Virus record (IMG/VR): IMGVR_UViG_3300008448_000127
Span: 1-51,414 of that record
Length of the DNA stretch: 51,414 bases
Origin: a virus
Taxonomy: Duplodnaviria; Caudoviricetes
Direction: 5' to 3' (one strand)
The translations under genes were made by a program, and so were the position numbers. Below are positions 1 to 9,173 of this stretch, in pieces; positions within the stretch are counted from its first letter, which is position 1; each line of letters begins with the position of its first letter. The notes beneath the pieces are model-generated. The model made no database searches, was not told the origin of the DNA, and worked only from the letters and a program-made list of their open reading frames with translations.

Positions 1-16
1 GGCATTGTGGTGAGAC

Positions 17-112
17 TACTGAACACGTAGTGAACACGTGCCTGTTTACTGTGCTACTATGCCCGTAGTTTTAGTACACTCTGTAGGCACCTACTGAACA
101 GCATACTGAACA
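17..112 (+). repeat. Four direct repeats TA(C/G)TGAACA, arranged as two pairs
   Basis: TACTGAACA at 17-25, 92-100 and 104-112; TAGTGAACA at 28-36. Spacing within pairs is 11 and 12 bp. Confidence 0.6.
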
Positions 113-260
113 GGCATCTGACCATATACCACAACGTATTGGGGTGTACCAGTCAGGGACCACAAGATATGGGATTCCTGTAATTGTGCTACGATTGGTA
201 CGCTGTTCGCTATATTGGTGGGGCAGGACAGTCGAACAACACTCAACAGGACAACGAACA

Positions 261-479
261 ATGACACAAAACAACAGCTACACTCGTGAATCGGTTCCTA
301 CGTTCAAACGTGAAGTATTCGATGGTTCGATCGAATATGTAAGTATTGACTACTTCCTACCCGCATGGGAGAACGTGGTGAACCATCCTACGTTCACTGG
401 AAAGAGTTATCCCGGACAGTCTCATAGTGTGAATCTGATGTATCGAAACGCTATGTTGTTGCTTTCTGCCGGATTCTAG
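261..479 (+). CDS. Hypothetical protein (72 aa)
   Basis: ATG at 261 after CAGGA. The leader TCAACAGGACAACGAACAATG nearly matches the leader of the gene at 4846. Confidence 0.55.
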   Translation: MTQNNSYTRESVPTFKREVFDGSIEYVSIDYFLPAWENVVNHPTFTGKSYPGQSHSVNLMYRNAMLLLSAGF

Positions 480-536
480 TGCATCCCCCCTCGATTCAAG
501 GTTTTTTGTTTTAACACTTTCTGAGGAGAAACAAAG

Positions 537-2417
537 ATGGAAGAGAACGAAGTGTGGTCGAGTGAACCAGCAGACATGGAAGAGGCTATCCTGAATGCTG
601 ATGGAAGAGTGTTTAAGGATAGGTCTAGTAAGATCGTTGATGACATACAGACGTATCACCCTGACGCATCGTGCACAGCAAGATTCCCAGCGTACTCAAC
701 TCATACGGGGTGGTATTATAAGACAAACGGTTTTTTGTATGACCATCAAGAAAGCCCGCACGATCTGGTTTCCGTCAAAATTGAAGCCAGGAAACCAGAG
801 CAGGAAGTCCCTGTTGAGTCTAGTGATAATCCTGATTTTTTACGGTTGTTGTCCTTTGCCAAAGACGAACAATCCGCCGAACTGATTCGGAAAGAGTATG
901 CGAGCTATCGACTACTCGAAACGCTGCACCTCAAGGCCCTGGGATTCACTGGCAAACGCAAAGCAGTAACATGGGAAGCGGCCAGTAAGTTAAAAACATT
1001 GTTGAACCTGGACGCTATGTGTGATTCTGTCCCCTGGGTTATTTCTGAAGGGGAAGACATACACGAAGTATTCGAGGAACACCGTCCTGGTAGCTGCATG
1101 CGAGATGGTTCAAAACACGAATTACGCCAATTGTACGCTTTGAATCCTGACAAGGTGAAGACTGCCCACCATGTTAAAGGGTCGCACGGCTTGCTTCAGT
1201 CCGCTATTTCATGCCTAGTATGGTACGGGAAAGATAAAGTGTATATTGACCGTCGATACACTGACGGTTATCTCCCGATGGTGAAGGAACCGTTAATACG
1301 ATCGCTGGCGAGACAATTGAAGGCTCAAACAGGTAAGGACGTGTTGCTAGTCTGGAAAGGTGACGATATCCCAGGGATTGACACCATCAGCAATGAAGTC
1401 AAATTCACGCTCAACAGGGATTCCGACTTGATGCCCTGGTGTGATTCTATTCGGTACGTGGTGGAATACGATGACGATACGGTTACGCTGTCAACGTCCG
1501 AGAAACGTGGTCGCATATGCTGTCAGGACCAATCTGGTACGGATATTACGGAAAGCCCTTGCAAGTGTTGTTCGTGCGCACGTTCGATTGACGAAGACAA
1601 TTCTAGAACCGACGAATCGGGCAGTGTATATTGCGACGATTGTTACTCTGAAGCCTATTCATACTGCAATTGGTACGAGGAAGACTATTCTGCCGACGAT
1701 GTTTCTGAGGTGAGAATCTATTCTTATGGTTCGGCGTATCAGCATAGACGTGTAACATCTATTCCGGGGTCTAGACATCGTGTGGCAACATGGCATACAA
1801 TACACATTAGTGAATCTGCGTTGTCCGATCATTTCACAGAACTCCAGGACGGGACATATTGCCACAATGATTTAGTTATTGAAGACAATCGTGGTAACTA
1901 TTATGCTCCTGACGATGAGGGGAACTACGTCGTGACAGAAGACGGGGAAACGTACCACCCGGACGACGTTTGTCAGACTGTTGACGATGAAATCCATCCG
2001 ATAGAGAATTGCCAGGAATTGCATGACGGCACATGGTGCCTCTCTGAGCATGCTGTAGAGATTGATGGGAAATGGTATTATGATGACGATCGTTCAGAAC
2101 CTGAACAGTCTTCAGAAGCATCTGATGATGATACTGAGGAACCACAACAGGAAGAACAACAACTGACGGACGGTGGATACGTGGTTCCGGACGGCTATCG
2201 TTTGGCTATTCCTGGTGAGATACTTCCTATAGGTTCCCGCTACTTGTTCGGTTACGGGTATAGTGCACAATGGGATTTAACTGTAGAAGCTGGAAAACCA
2301 TACGGTGAGACATCGTGGCGGCTTCAATTACCTTATATCATTCGGAATGATAGTGCGTCGGTCCCTACTGTAGCATCATTACCCGCCAACAAACTAGAAT
2401 CGAGCGTATCACGATGA
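537..2417 (+). CDS. Large multidomain phage protein: SCM...DRRY...PWCD core, double CxxC zinc ribbon, acidic beta-hairpin-like repeats
   Basis: 626-aa ORF with GAGGAG RBS. Motifs GSCMR, YIDRRY, MPWCDS, CCSC...YCDDC. Confidence 0.85.
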   Translation: MEENEVWSSEPADMEEAILNADGRVFKDRSSKIVDDIQTYHPDASCTARFPAYSTHTGWYYKTNGFLYDHQESPHDLVSVKIEARKPEQEVPVESSDNPDFLRLLSFAKDEQSAELIRKEYASYRLLETLHLKALGFTGKRKAVTWEAASKLKTLLNLDAMCDSVPWVISEGEDIHEVFEEHRPGSCMRDGSKHELRQLYALNPDKVKTAHHVKGSHGLLQSAISCLVWYGKDKVYIDRRYTDGYLPMVKEPLIRSLARQLKAQTGKDVLLVWKGDDIPGIDTISNEVKFTLNRDSDLMPWCDSIRYVVEYDDDTVTLSTSEKRGRICCQDQSGTDITESPCKCCSCARSIDEDNSRTDESGSVYCDDCYSEAYSYCNWYEEDYSADDVSEVRIYSYGSAYQHRRVTSIPGSRHRVATWHTIHISESALSDHFTELQDGTYCHNDLVIEDNRGNYYAPDDEGNYVVTEDGETYHPDDVCQTVDDEIHPIENCQELHDGTWCLSEHAVEIDGKWYYDDDRSEPEQSSEASDDDTEEPQQEEQQLTDGGYVVPDGYRLAIPGEILPIGSRYLFGYGYSAQWDLTVEAGKPYGETSWRLQLPYIIRNDSASVPTVASLPANKLESSVSR

Positions 2418-3361
2418 ATATCATAACACTGGAACAGTACACACACTTTTTGTGTCTGTTGTCTACTGACGACGTTTTCAACCACCTGGAAACAATAGGT
2501 TTTACAGTTCGCCATGCTACCAGCAAAACAAAACGCTATGCCGTTAAACAGGGTAGCAACAAAAACCGTCCGTTGTTGGTCGCACATGCTGATACAGTCC
2601 TGGAATCCAGGGCATACGAATACGATCCCAACACGGGTATTGTCGTATCGTCGGAGTTAGACGATCGTTTAGGTATCGCCATTATGCTGTGCCTGTTACT
2701 TGATGGTATCGACGTATCGTGCCTGATATGTGACAACGAAGAGACTGGCCGAACTACAGCAACACAGTTTATTCGTGAGACTGAATTGACTCCCGTTTGG
2801 TTGACCGAATTCGATCGTCGGGGAATAGACGTTGTTTGCTACGAATATGAAACTCCAATTTTGTGTTCCTTGCTGAAACATTGTGGTTTTACAATTGGTC
2901 AAGGTTCTTTCTCTGACATCAGTAGTATGGAAAGCCTAGGGGTTATTGGTTTTAATGTGGGTGTAGCATACCACAAAGAGCACAGCTTGAAATGCCATGC
3001 TAACCTAAACCAGACGTTAAGCCAGGTTGAACGCTGGTTGTTGTGGTTCGGTTGGTTGTCTAGTGTTCGTCTCGCCCACGAAGAAAAAACGTGGGGCAGG
3101 GCATCGTACGGAAAGTATTACGGATTGTCTACTCGTCTGGACAGCTATATCGTCGATGACTTCCGGGATAGATACGAAAGTAAGATTCTGGATAACCCCA
3201 GGGTAGATGATGCCTGGGACGATGACTTGTTCGATTCTGTAACCGGACTGGAATTGTGCGACCAATGTGGAAACTATTGCGATAGTGAAACAATGTGCGA
3301 CTATTCCGGCGGGACTGTTTGCGAGAACTGTATTGTTGACTTGAAGGGGATGAAATCATGA
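2414..3361 (+). CDS. Zn-dependent M28/M20-like peptidase with C-terminal zinc ribbon
   Basis: Metal-ligand motifs AHADT, LDDRLG, NEETG, EFDRRG, GSFSD, YHKEH. ATGA overlap with the upstream gene. Confidence 0.8.
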   Translation: MNIITLEQYTHFLCLLSTDDVFNHLETIGFTVRHATSKTKRYAVKQGSNKNRPLLVAHADTVLESRAYEYDPNTGIVVSSELDDRLGIAIMLCLLLDGIDVSCLICDNEETGRTTATQFIRETELTPVWLTEFDRRGIDVVCYEYETPILCSLLKHCGFTIGQGSFSDISSMESLGVIGFNVGVAYHKEHSLKCHANLNQTLSQVERWLLWFGWLSSVRLAHEEKTWGRASYGKYYGLSTRLDSYIVDDFRDRYESKILDNPRVDDAWDDDLFDSVTGLELCDQCGNYCDSETMCDYSGGTVCENCIVDLKGMKS

Positions 3362-3609
3362 CGATCATTCAGAATCAATATTGTGCCTCATACGGTCCTG
3401 ACGATACTCTACTGGCTAGTGTTGATGATATCCGGCAGTACGCTGGAAAGTCGGCATTGTCGGCTGTTGACACCCTGGACATTATTTTTGCAAGGAATAC
3501 GATATGGAAACCAAACAGGATTGGAAGCGAATTCACAGCGAGCATTATGCTAAGGGACCAACAACCGAAGAACGAATCGGTATCTTCCTGCTGTTCTTCG
3601 TGCCGATAG
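3358..3609 (+). CDS. Hypothetical protein
   Basis: ATGA-coupled to the peptidase gene; 83 aa. Confidence 0.6.
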   Translation: MTIIQNQYCASYGPDDTLLASVDDIRQYAGKSALSAVDTLDIIFARNTIWKPNRIGSEFTASIMLRDQQPKNESVSSCCSSCR

Positions 3610-3657
3610 TATGGTTGTCGTGCATTGCTTTTGAGTTGTTTGCATAGGGGGATTGTG

Positions 3658-3837
3658 ATGGAATCGGGATACTATTGGGCAAAGTGGAACCATGCCCGCA
3701 TGACGGAAATACTGGTTGTTTTTGTCTCCAGCAATGGTGATTGCTTTGTGTCAGGATCGGATCTACCCTACGATCAGGATTCATTTATTTTTCTTTCCGA
3801 CGAGATACAACCACCATGCAATACGTTGATTGGTTAG
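3658..3837 (+). CDS. Hypothetical protein (MESGYYWAKW...)
   Basis: ATG at 3658 after AGGGGG. The GYYW start is typical of small phage proteins. Confidence 0.6.
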   Translation: MESGYYWAKWNHARMTEILVVFVSSNGDCFVSGSDLPYDQDSFIFLSDEIQPPCNTLIG

Positions 3838-3897
3838 TGCGAATACGTTTATAGCAGGACTTCTCTTGTACCTGATTCTGGAATGAATCCTAGCTTT

Positions 3898-3930
3898 AAC
3901 CCGGACAACGTTTGTTGTCCGGGTTTCTTT
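3898..3930 (+). terminator. Intrinsic terminator
   Basis: Perfect 12-bp stem AACCCGGACAAC/GTTGTCCGGGTT with a 4-nt loop, followed by TCTTT. Confidence 0.8.
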
Positions 3931-4000
3931 ACGTCCTGGTGTTTGTCAATGTGGTCCTGATCTCTAATCGTGGGGATCGTCTGGGGCACACTGGCAAGCT

Positions 4001-4520
4001 CCAGGACGTTGTTCCGTTTGCTGTTCGGCCAATGTGTCGGACTGCTGACGGCATAACGTCCTGGTTGATTCTGGGGACAATAGAGCGAATTACTACGTAT
4101 ATCGTTTGAACAGTATCGGCTAGGGTACATGGGATATACGTCAACAATGACGTACGTCAACGGGAACGTACGTTTTGACTACGTACATCGTATGTACACT
4201 GAACAAAAGTGATCCTAGTCCAGGATCACATAGGACAGCGTATACGGGCCTCAAATTCTGGACGATACAATGGCCGGACAATAGGACGATAGGCTCGTGT
4301 AGACGATCCTGGAACGTTGTGGATCGTATTGTTGGCGTTTGGATATGCTGGTACGTCGTTTGCGATACGGAAACGCAATATATAGTGGGTGAAGGATAAC
4401 GGAACCACAATAGGTTGTGGTTTCAATGGGAACACTGACGGGACGATCCTATCGGTATCGTGTTCAGGATCGTTTTACGTACCGAACGAACAGTAGTGAA
4501 CAAACTATGAGCATAGTTGG
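4001..4520 (+). ncRNA. Candidate structured non-coding region (tandem hairpin array)
   Basis: About ten consecutive inverted repeats, with G-T pairs favouring the plus strand and no credible ORF. Confidence 0.4.
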
Positions 4521-4777
4521 TAGTTTAGGTAGGATGACGTTGAATAGTGGGATTGTGACGATTAGGTAAAATGGGTAAACATGTAACTTTCTGGGGAAAG
4601 AAATGGTATGTGTGGTAGGTGGCAGGAACAATGTAAGGCTGATCGAGTGGAGTCAGCAGGTAAGGATGTAACTTTCCATCCCAGAAATACAAAGTGGAAT
4701 TGTGGCTGGTTGGAGGGGGATGGGTGTAGAGGTTTTTTGAAGAAAGAATGGGCAGTACAATTCTGACACAATTACAG

Positions 4778-4805
4778 TTGACTCAGTGGCTGTAATCGCT
4801 AGACT
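4778..4805 (+). promoter_or_regulatory. Sigma70-type promoter TTGACT-N16-TAGACT, overlapped by inverted repeat ATTACAG...CTGTAAT
   Basis: -35 at 4778-4783 and -10 at 4800-4805. Palindrome arms at 4771-4777 and 4790-4796. Confidence 0.7.
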
Positions 4806-4845
4806 CCCCACATGAGATTTTTTAGGACTTCAACAGGACACGACA

Positions 4846-5097
4846 ATGCCGGTTACCTTTATGTGGATTGTGGCTGCTGACTACCTGACAACAGGAAAGA
4901 AGTATGAGAGTAACGTGCAGTTGTATCGAGACGCTGAAGGTTTACATCTGAAGGTTATCTGGTGTGCCAACAGTGCGTACACTGGGCGTGTTCTGAAGAA
5001 GAAGCATAATCGTACTGTGTGTGATGGTATGTTTGAACGTGTGATTGCTCAGTTGGAGAAAGCAGAATGCAGATTGAAGTTGGTAAAAGGTACGTAA
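4846..5097 (+). CDS. Hypothetical protein
   Basis: First ORF after the promoter, with CAGGA RBS. Confidence 0.65.
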   Translation: MPVTFMWIVAADYLTTGKKYESNVQLYRDAEGLHLKVIWCANSAYTGRVLKKKHNRTVCDGMFERVIAQLEKAECRLKLVKGT

Positions 5098-5612
5098 GGC
5101 GAGACGGGACAGTGAGTGGTGTAATACGAGCTCTCGACTCGGTAGATTATCCATTTCTGGACAAGGAACTTCTAGCTACTTATACCGCAGAAGGTATACG
5201 AGGCTTAAGGCCGGATCATTGGAGTGATTTGGTAGCAGAGTATGTAGAACCAGTATCCCCTTCAGAAGTTTCTGGAAAGGAAAGTACAGTGGAGTATGAT
5301 CTGAGTGGTATCCCAGCAGGGTATACCTTTGTGGGTTATCGACTTGTCAAAGTTGGTGACCAGTATGTGGGTAACGTGGGAGGGACTAAAGTTTTTGTTG
5401 CGACTAAGAGTGATGCTACAATGAAGAAGTTACGCCTCGTCGTTAAACCGATCGAAACTAAGCAGCGAACGGTGGTGATTCACAAGTGGCTGGTGTGGGA
5501 TCTTCTGGGTAAGGAAAGAATGGTGTTCGGTACCGAGAAGTATATTGGTGACTGTGGATTTTCTGATGCTGTGGATCTTGGTTTCTATGAGGAAGTGAAG
5601 GTGAATGTATGA
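5067..5612 (+). CDS. Hypothetical modular protein (GKRYVRRDG...DLVAEY domain plus YRL module)
   Basis: 181 aa with GGAG RBS. Shares modules with the 537..2417 and 49386..49940 products. Confidence 0.8.
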   Translation: MQIEVGKRYVRRDGTVSGVIRALDSVDYPFLDKELLATYTAEGIRGLRPDHWSDLVAEYVEPVSPSEVSGKESTVEYDLSGIPAGYTFVGYRLVKVGDQYVGNVGGTKVFVATKSDATMKKLRLVVKPIETKQRTVVIHKWLVWDLLGKERMVFGTEKYIGDCGFSDAVDLGFYEEVKVNV

Positions 5613-5902
5613 GACGGCACCCTACGTTCAGATATATGGTTGTGGTCGATGATCACTGGTATACCAACGCTGGGTGGGTGAACGCTGCTGATTACAATTC
5701 GCCCAACATAAGACATTGGTCTACGTACCAAAGGGTACCGACGTTCAAGAAAGCCTTGAAGGTTGTAGTCAAGTTGTGTGATGCTGGTCTTCCAGCCAGA
5801 TTGGAAGTCGATAAGAAGATGTGGGCACGTAAAAGTGCTCGACGTAAACAGTGGTGTGGGTATAAGACCTTGACTCTTATTTCGGAGGTTACTGCTCAAT
5901 GA
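5609..5902 (+). CDS. Hypothetical basic protein
   Basis: ATGA overlaps at both ends. Confidence 0.7.
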   Translation: MRRHPTFRYMVVVDDHWYTNAGWVNAADYNSPNIRHWSTYQRVPTFKKALKVVVKLCDAGLPARLEVDKKMWARKSARRKQWCGYKTLTLISEVTAQ

Positions 5903-6480
5903 CGAATCGATTACCAAAACAAGAACCAGAGATTGTTGATGTCCAGTCTTTCATGGAACACCATCTGGCTGACTTTATTAAGGAAAGGATTAAGGAAGGG
6001 CATAGTAAAGCTGAGGCTATTAAATGGGCTGCTGATAGGTTTCAGAAAGGTGCTAAGTATAATCTTCAGTCAGTGCGTTCACCGTTTCTGAAGAGAGATA
6101 CAGAAACAGGGATGATTACTTACTTCTGCTACGAAGAAGGGCAGGTGTACCAAGTTGCAGATGCTGATACCGTCACATTAGCGTTGATTGATATCGAGAA
6201 GGCATTCGATTGGGACGGTGCAGCACTCGATGCTCTTAATGATAAAGTCATGGAACTCCAGAAGTGCAGCATCATTATGATTTGGAGAATGTATACCGGA
6301 ATGCACTCGGTGGTTGATGGTGGCATCCAGATGATCAGTTATGTTGGTGGTGAAGAGACCGACACTGATGGTTCATCAGCAATGATGGAAGGTAGTCAGA
6401 CTGGTACGTTAATGGTGAGTGCGATGAACATTCTTGTTCAGCATGATATTTTGGAGTTGGTTGGAGAAGCAGGAAGATAG
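5899..6480 (+). CDS. Hypothetical protein
   Basis: 193 aa, GGAGG RBS, coupled to the upstream gene. Confidence 0.8.
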   Translation: MTNRLPKQEPEIVDVQSFMEHHLADFIKERIKEGHSKAEAIKWAADRFQKGAKYNLQSVRSPFLKRDTETGMITYFCYEEGQVYQVADADTVTLALIDIEKAFDWDGAALDALNDKVMELQKCSIIMIWRMYTGMHSVVDGGIQMISYVGGEETDTDGSSAMMEGSQTGTLMVSAMNILVQHDILELVGEAGR

Positions 6481-6489
6481 GAGAGTGTT

Positions 6490-6717
6490 ATGCCTTGTGT
6501 AGTGACGAAAGAGGAAGAGGAGTGGTACGAGCGAGAAGGTAACAAGAAGGAGTATGGTGTTGCTGATCTGGATGACAGGATCACAACGACTGTCGCCTGT
6601 GAGCTTGCTAAGATTCTGGAGAAACATGGACTGTTAAATGAGTGCAGTGCCGTGGCTAATAAGTGGATTAAGAAGCACAAGAAGGAGGATCGAGAGAGGA
6701 CTAAACGGACATTATGA
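6490..6717 (+). CDS. Hypothetical protein
   Basis: AGGAG RBS; ends just before a terminator. Confidence 0.75.
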   Translation: MPCVVTKEEEEWYEREGNKKEYGVADLDDRITTTVACELAKILEKHGLLNECSAVANKWIKKHKKEDRERTKRTL

Positions 6718-6721
6718 AACG

Positions 6722-6762
6722 AAGAAACCCCGGTCAGGTTGTCCTGCCGGGGTCTTTTTATT
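6722..6762. terminator. Bidirectional intrinsic terminator between convergent operons
   Basis: A-rich flank, stem ACCCCGG(T)CAGG/CCTGCCGGGGT, then CTTTTTATT. Confidence 0.8.
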
Positions 6763-6770
6763 GGTGGAGG

Positions 6771-7166
6771 TTACCAGTCACTTGGGCGTGGCGAACTGCC
6801 TATCGGTGTTTCTGGGGATGAAAAGTGGTAGCGATTCCAGAGCCACTTGATGACAGGGATAGTGAAGTTCTTGAAGAAGAACCAGGCCAACCATCCATAG
6901 CCCATCTTGAAACGAACGTCATTGATTGCGTCGTCAAGAGTTGCTGGTTGTTTATCTTCATCGTTGACGATCTCAATGAAGGCTTCAGCAATTTTCATCG
7001 CTCGTTCAGCGTTACGCTTATCGTGAATATGCCACTGTTTACGTTCAGTACGTTTACCATCACGAGTGGTAGAAGCCAGCACAATCTCTTCAGCGTATCC
7101 AAACTCGGTAAGCAGGTCTCTGGTTAAAGCAACTTGTTCGTTCAGTGTAAGGGGGTCGAATCTCAT
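6771..7166 (-). CDS. Hypothetical protein with C-terminal hydrophobic/aromatic segment
   Basis: 131 aa with AGGA RBS; segment GYGWLAWFFF...VIKWLW. Confidence 0.75.
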   Translation of the reverse strand: MRFDPLTLNEQVALTRDLLTEFGYAEEIVLASTTRDGKRTERKQWHIHDKRNAERAMKIAEAFIEIVNDEDKQPATLDDAINDVRFKMGYGWLAWFFFKNFTIPVIKWLWNRYHFSSPETPIGSSPRPSDW

Positions 7167-7173
7167 AGCAGTC

Positions 7174-8019
7174 CTACTTAAAATGTATTTGAAGATCAGG
7201 GATCATGACCTCTGGAGTGATGACAGTAACAGATTTGTAGTCGGGTGTAAAGGTAATTTCTGATATAGAAGCTGATGCGGTGATACCCAGCTTGCGGACA
7301 GATGCCTGAATGGCTGGCTGGAACTTAATGCTGGTCGTACCCAGCTTAATGGTTGGTTCACCAGGCCACTGCATGAGCAGTCCCAGCTTATCGTTCTTGT
7401 AGTTGCGATCCTTCATCAGTTTCTGGAAGATGAAAGGCACACTGTCAGGCAGGTTGATGTCGTACTCAAACCAACCGCTGTAGGTTACGTCTTCCTGTTT
7501 GGCATCAGATGCTGCTTTGTGAGCATTAGCGATTGCAGTCTGCTGAGACAGGTACTCTGCCAGAATGTAAACTATGGCTTCAGGTGATGCTTCGACATCA
7601 GCAGTTGCCGTAACAGTTTCTGGAGAAGAAGATACCGCTGGTTGGAACCAGTACTCAGAAGGAATGACTTTGATCTTCTGTCCGTGGTCACGGTTAGATA
7701 CTGACCAGTCAACGATGTTCTCAGGCTTTCCACCAGACTCAAGGAAGCGTTTTTTACCAGCAGGGCAGGCAGGGCAGTAGTCGCCAATAGCCAAGTAGCG
7801 TTCAGGCTGTGGTGCTGCTTTGACTGCTGTGCTGAAGGTGACTTGAGGGAGTGATGGTGATGGTTCGACGATAGGTGCGTCTGGAGGCACAGGAACCTCG
7901 TCAGACGGCTTGGGTTGTTCGATAGGTGGTTTGGGTTGGATCAGTTTCTCAAAGCGTTCTCGGGCATCCTGTGCGACCAGAGAGGGCGTGAGAAGAAGGA
8001 ACAGAAGGATGGTTCTCAT
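7174..8019 (-). CDS. Secreted protein: signal peptide, Pro-rich linker, thioredoxin-like CPAC motif
   Basis: N-terminus MRTILLFLLLTPSLVA; motif GDYCPAC. Confidence 0.75.
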   Translation of the reverse strand: MRTILLFLLLTPSLVAQDARERFEKLIQPKPPIEQPKPSDEVPVPPDAPIVEPSPSLPQVTFSTAVKAAPQPERYLAIGDYCPACPAGKKRFLESGGKPENIVDWSVSNRDHGQKIKVIPSEYWFQPAVSSSPETVTATADVEASPEAIVYILAEYLSQQTAIANAHKAASDAKQEDVTYSGWFEYDINLPDSVPFIFQKLMKDRNYKNDKLGLLMQWPGEPTIKLGTTSIKFQPAIQASVRKLGITASASISEITFTPDYKSVTVITPEVMIPDLQIHFK

Positions 8020-8020
8020 T

Positions 8021-8185
8021 TTAGTACCCCGACATTAAGAGGTCGTACAGTGTACGATTGAATGGTCTGAAGAAGTAGAAGGCGTTGGGGGATCGTTTAA
8101 GGATGTAGGCGAGTGTCTGGACATCGCGGACGGTGGGGGTTCGGTAGCCGTCGTTGTCCATGATCAGGAGGGTGGTTGTGATCAT
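8021..8185 (-). CDS. Small hypothetical protein (MITTTLL...)
   Basis: ATGA overlap with the protease stop codon; fills the gap. Confidence 0.5.
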   Translation of the reverse strand: MITTTLLIMDNDGYRTPTVRDVQTLAYILKRSPNAFYFFRPFNRTLYDLLMSGY

Positions 8186-9042
8186 GCGATCATTCCAGTA
8201 GATGGACTGAAGATATTGTCGGGGATGAACTTCAGTTCTCGGTCCCAATCGACCACTCGTGGTTCTGGGGAAGAAAGATCAGAGCAACCGATGGTTACAG
8301 TCCATTTGTCCTTGTCCTGTCCGTCGATGAATGATCTGGATTGGAAGCTAAAGCCGTTCTTGCCATAGTTAGCGTAGTGGCTGTTCGCTTCAACCAGGAA
8401 CACTTCACCGTTGATAGTGATCCAGTCAATGTACGCTCTTGCGTGACCACCTCCGCCGGAAACGAATCGTCGGCAGATACCGTTCGAGTCGGGTTTCCAG
8501 TTACCCCATGCTCCACCTACGACAACAGCACCTTGACCTGCCTGTAGGAAACGCAGGATCTGATCAAACCCATGCAATTCAAGAGAGTAACCAATCTTCC
8601 AGTTTGCTGCGATGTCCCAGCAGTCTCTGGGGAAAGGAAAGTTGTAATCGACTTTGTAGGGATACTCAGCGATACCGTTGTTGTCGATGTCTTCTGGAAG
8701 GAAACCTTTGGTCTTACCTGCCTGAACAACGCCGTGGATGGTGGCACCGTTATCTCCACGAATGTTAGAGACTTCCTGACCTCGACGATAGGACCACAGC
8801 GGATTGAACTGTCGCCACACGCCTGTCTTTAGGTAGTGTGTAACCTCTGCTGTACCAGTGACACCAAACCCAGCACATGAATTCATCTGGTGCTGGTCAT
8901 CTCGTCGCATCAAGTCTTTGATACCACGAGTCTCCGGTACATCACCACAGACAAGGGACATGATATCGAACTTGATACATTGAGCAGTCAATGCTGCACG
9001 TTCTTCTCGTCGTGGATCGTAGCCAGTGAAAGAGAATGCCAT
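8182..9042 (-). CDS. Papain-like (C1 family) cysteine peptidase
   Basis: Motifs DQHQMNSCAGF (Gln and catalytic Cys), GGGHA (His), EANSH...YGKNGF (Asn). Confidence 0.85.
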   Translation of the reverse strand: MAFSFTGYDPRREERAALTAQCIKFDIMSLVCGDVPETRGIKDLMRRDDQHQMNSCAGFGVTGTAEVTHYLKTGVWRQFNPLWSYRRGQEVSNIRGDNGATIHGVVQAGKTKGFLPEDIDNNGIAEYPYKVDYNFPFPRDCWDIAANWKIGYSLELHGFDQILRFLQAGQGAVVVGGAWGNWKPDSNGICRRFVSGGGGHARAYIDWITINGEVFLVEANSHYANYGKNGFSFQSRSFIDGQDKDKWTVTIGCSDLSSPEPRVVDWDRELKFIPDNIFSPSTGMIA

Positions 9043-9173
9043 TGTTTAGTCTCCGAATGACTCTGATGGTTGTGAAAGACGCAGCATTGTTGTAAGGTCG
9101 AACACTACGCAAGCATCGACCATCGAGGTGTAGTATCGTTTTTGATCGGGTACGTAGTAGACAAGTCCAACCA

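Noticed and set aside
3898-4520. CRISPR array or protein-coding genes in the hairpin region
   Set aside because: The hairpins differ in sequence, with no constant repeat-spacer period. The ORFs on both strands lack RBSs and look like shadow translations.
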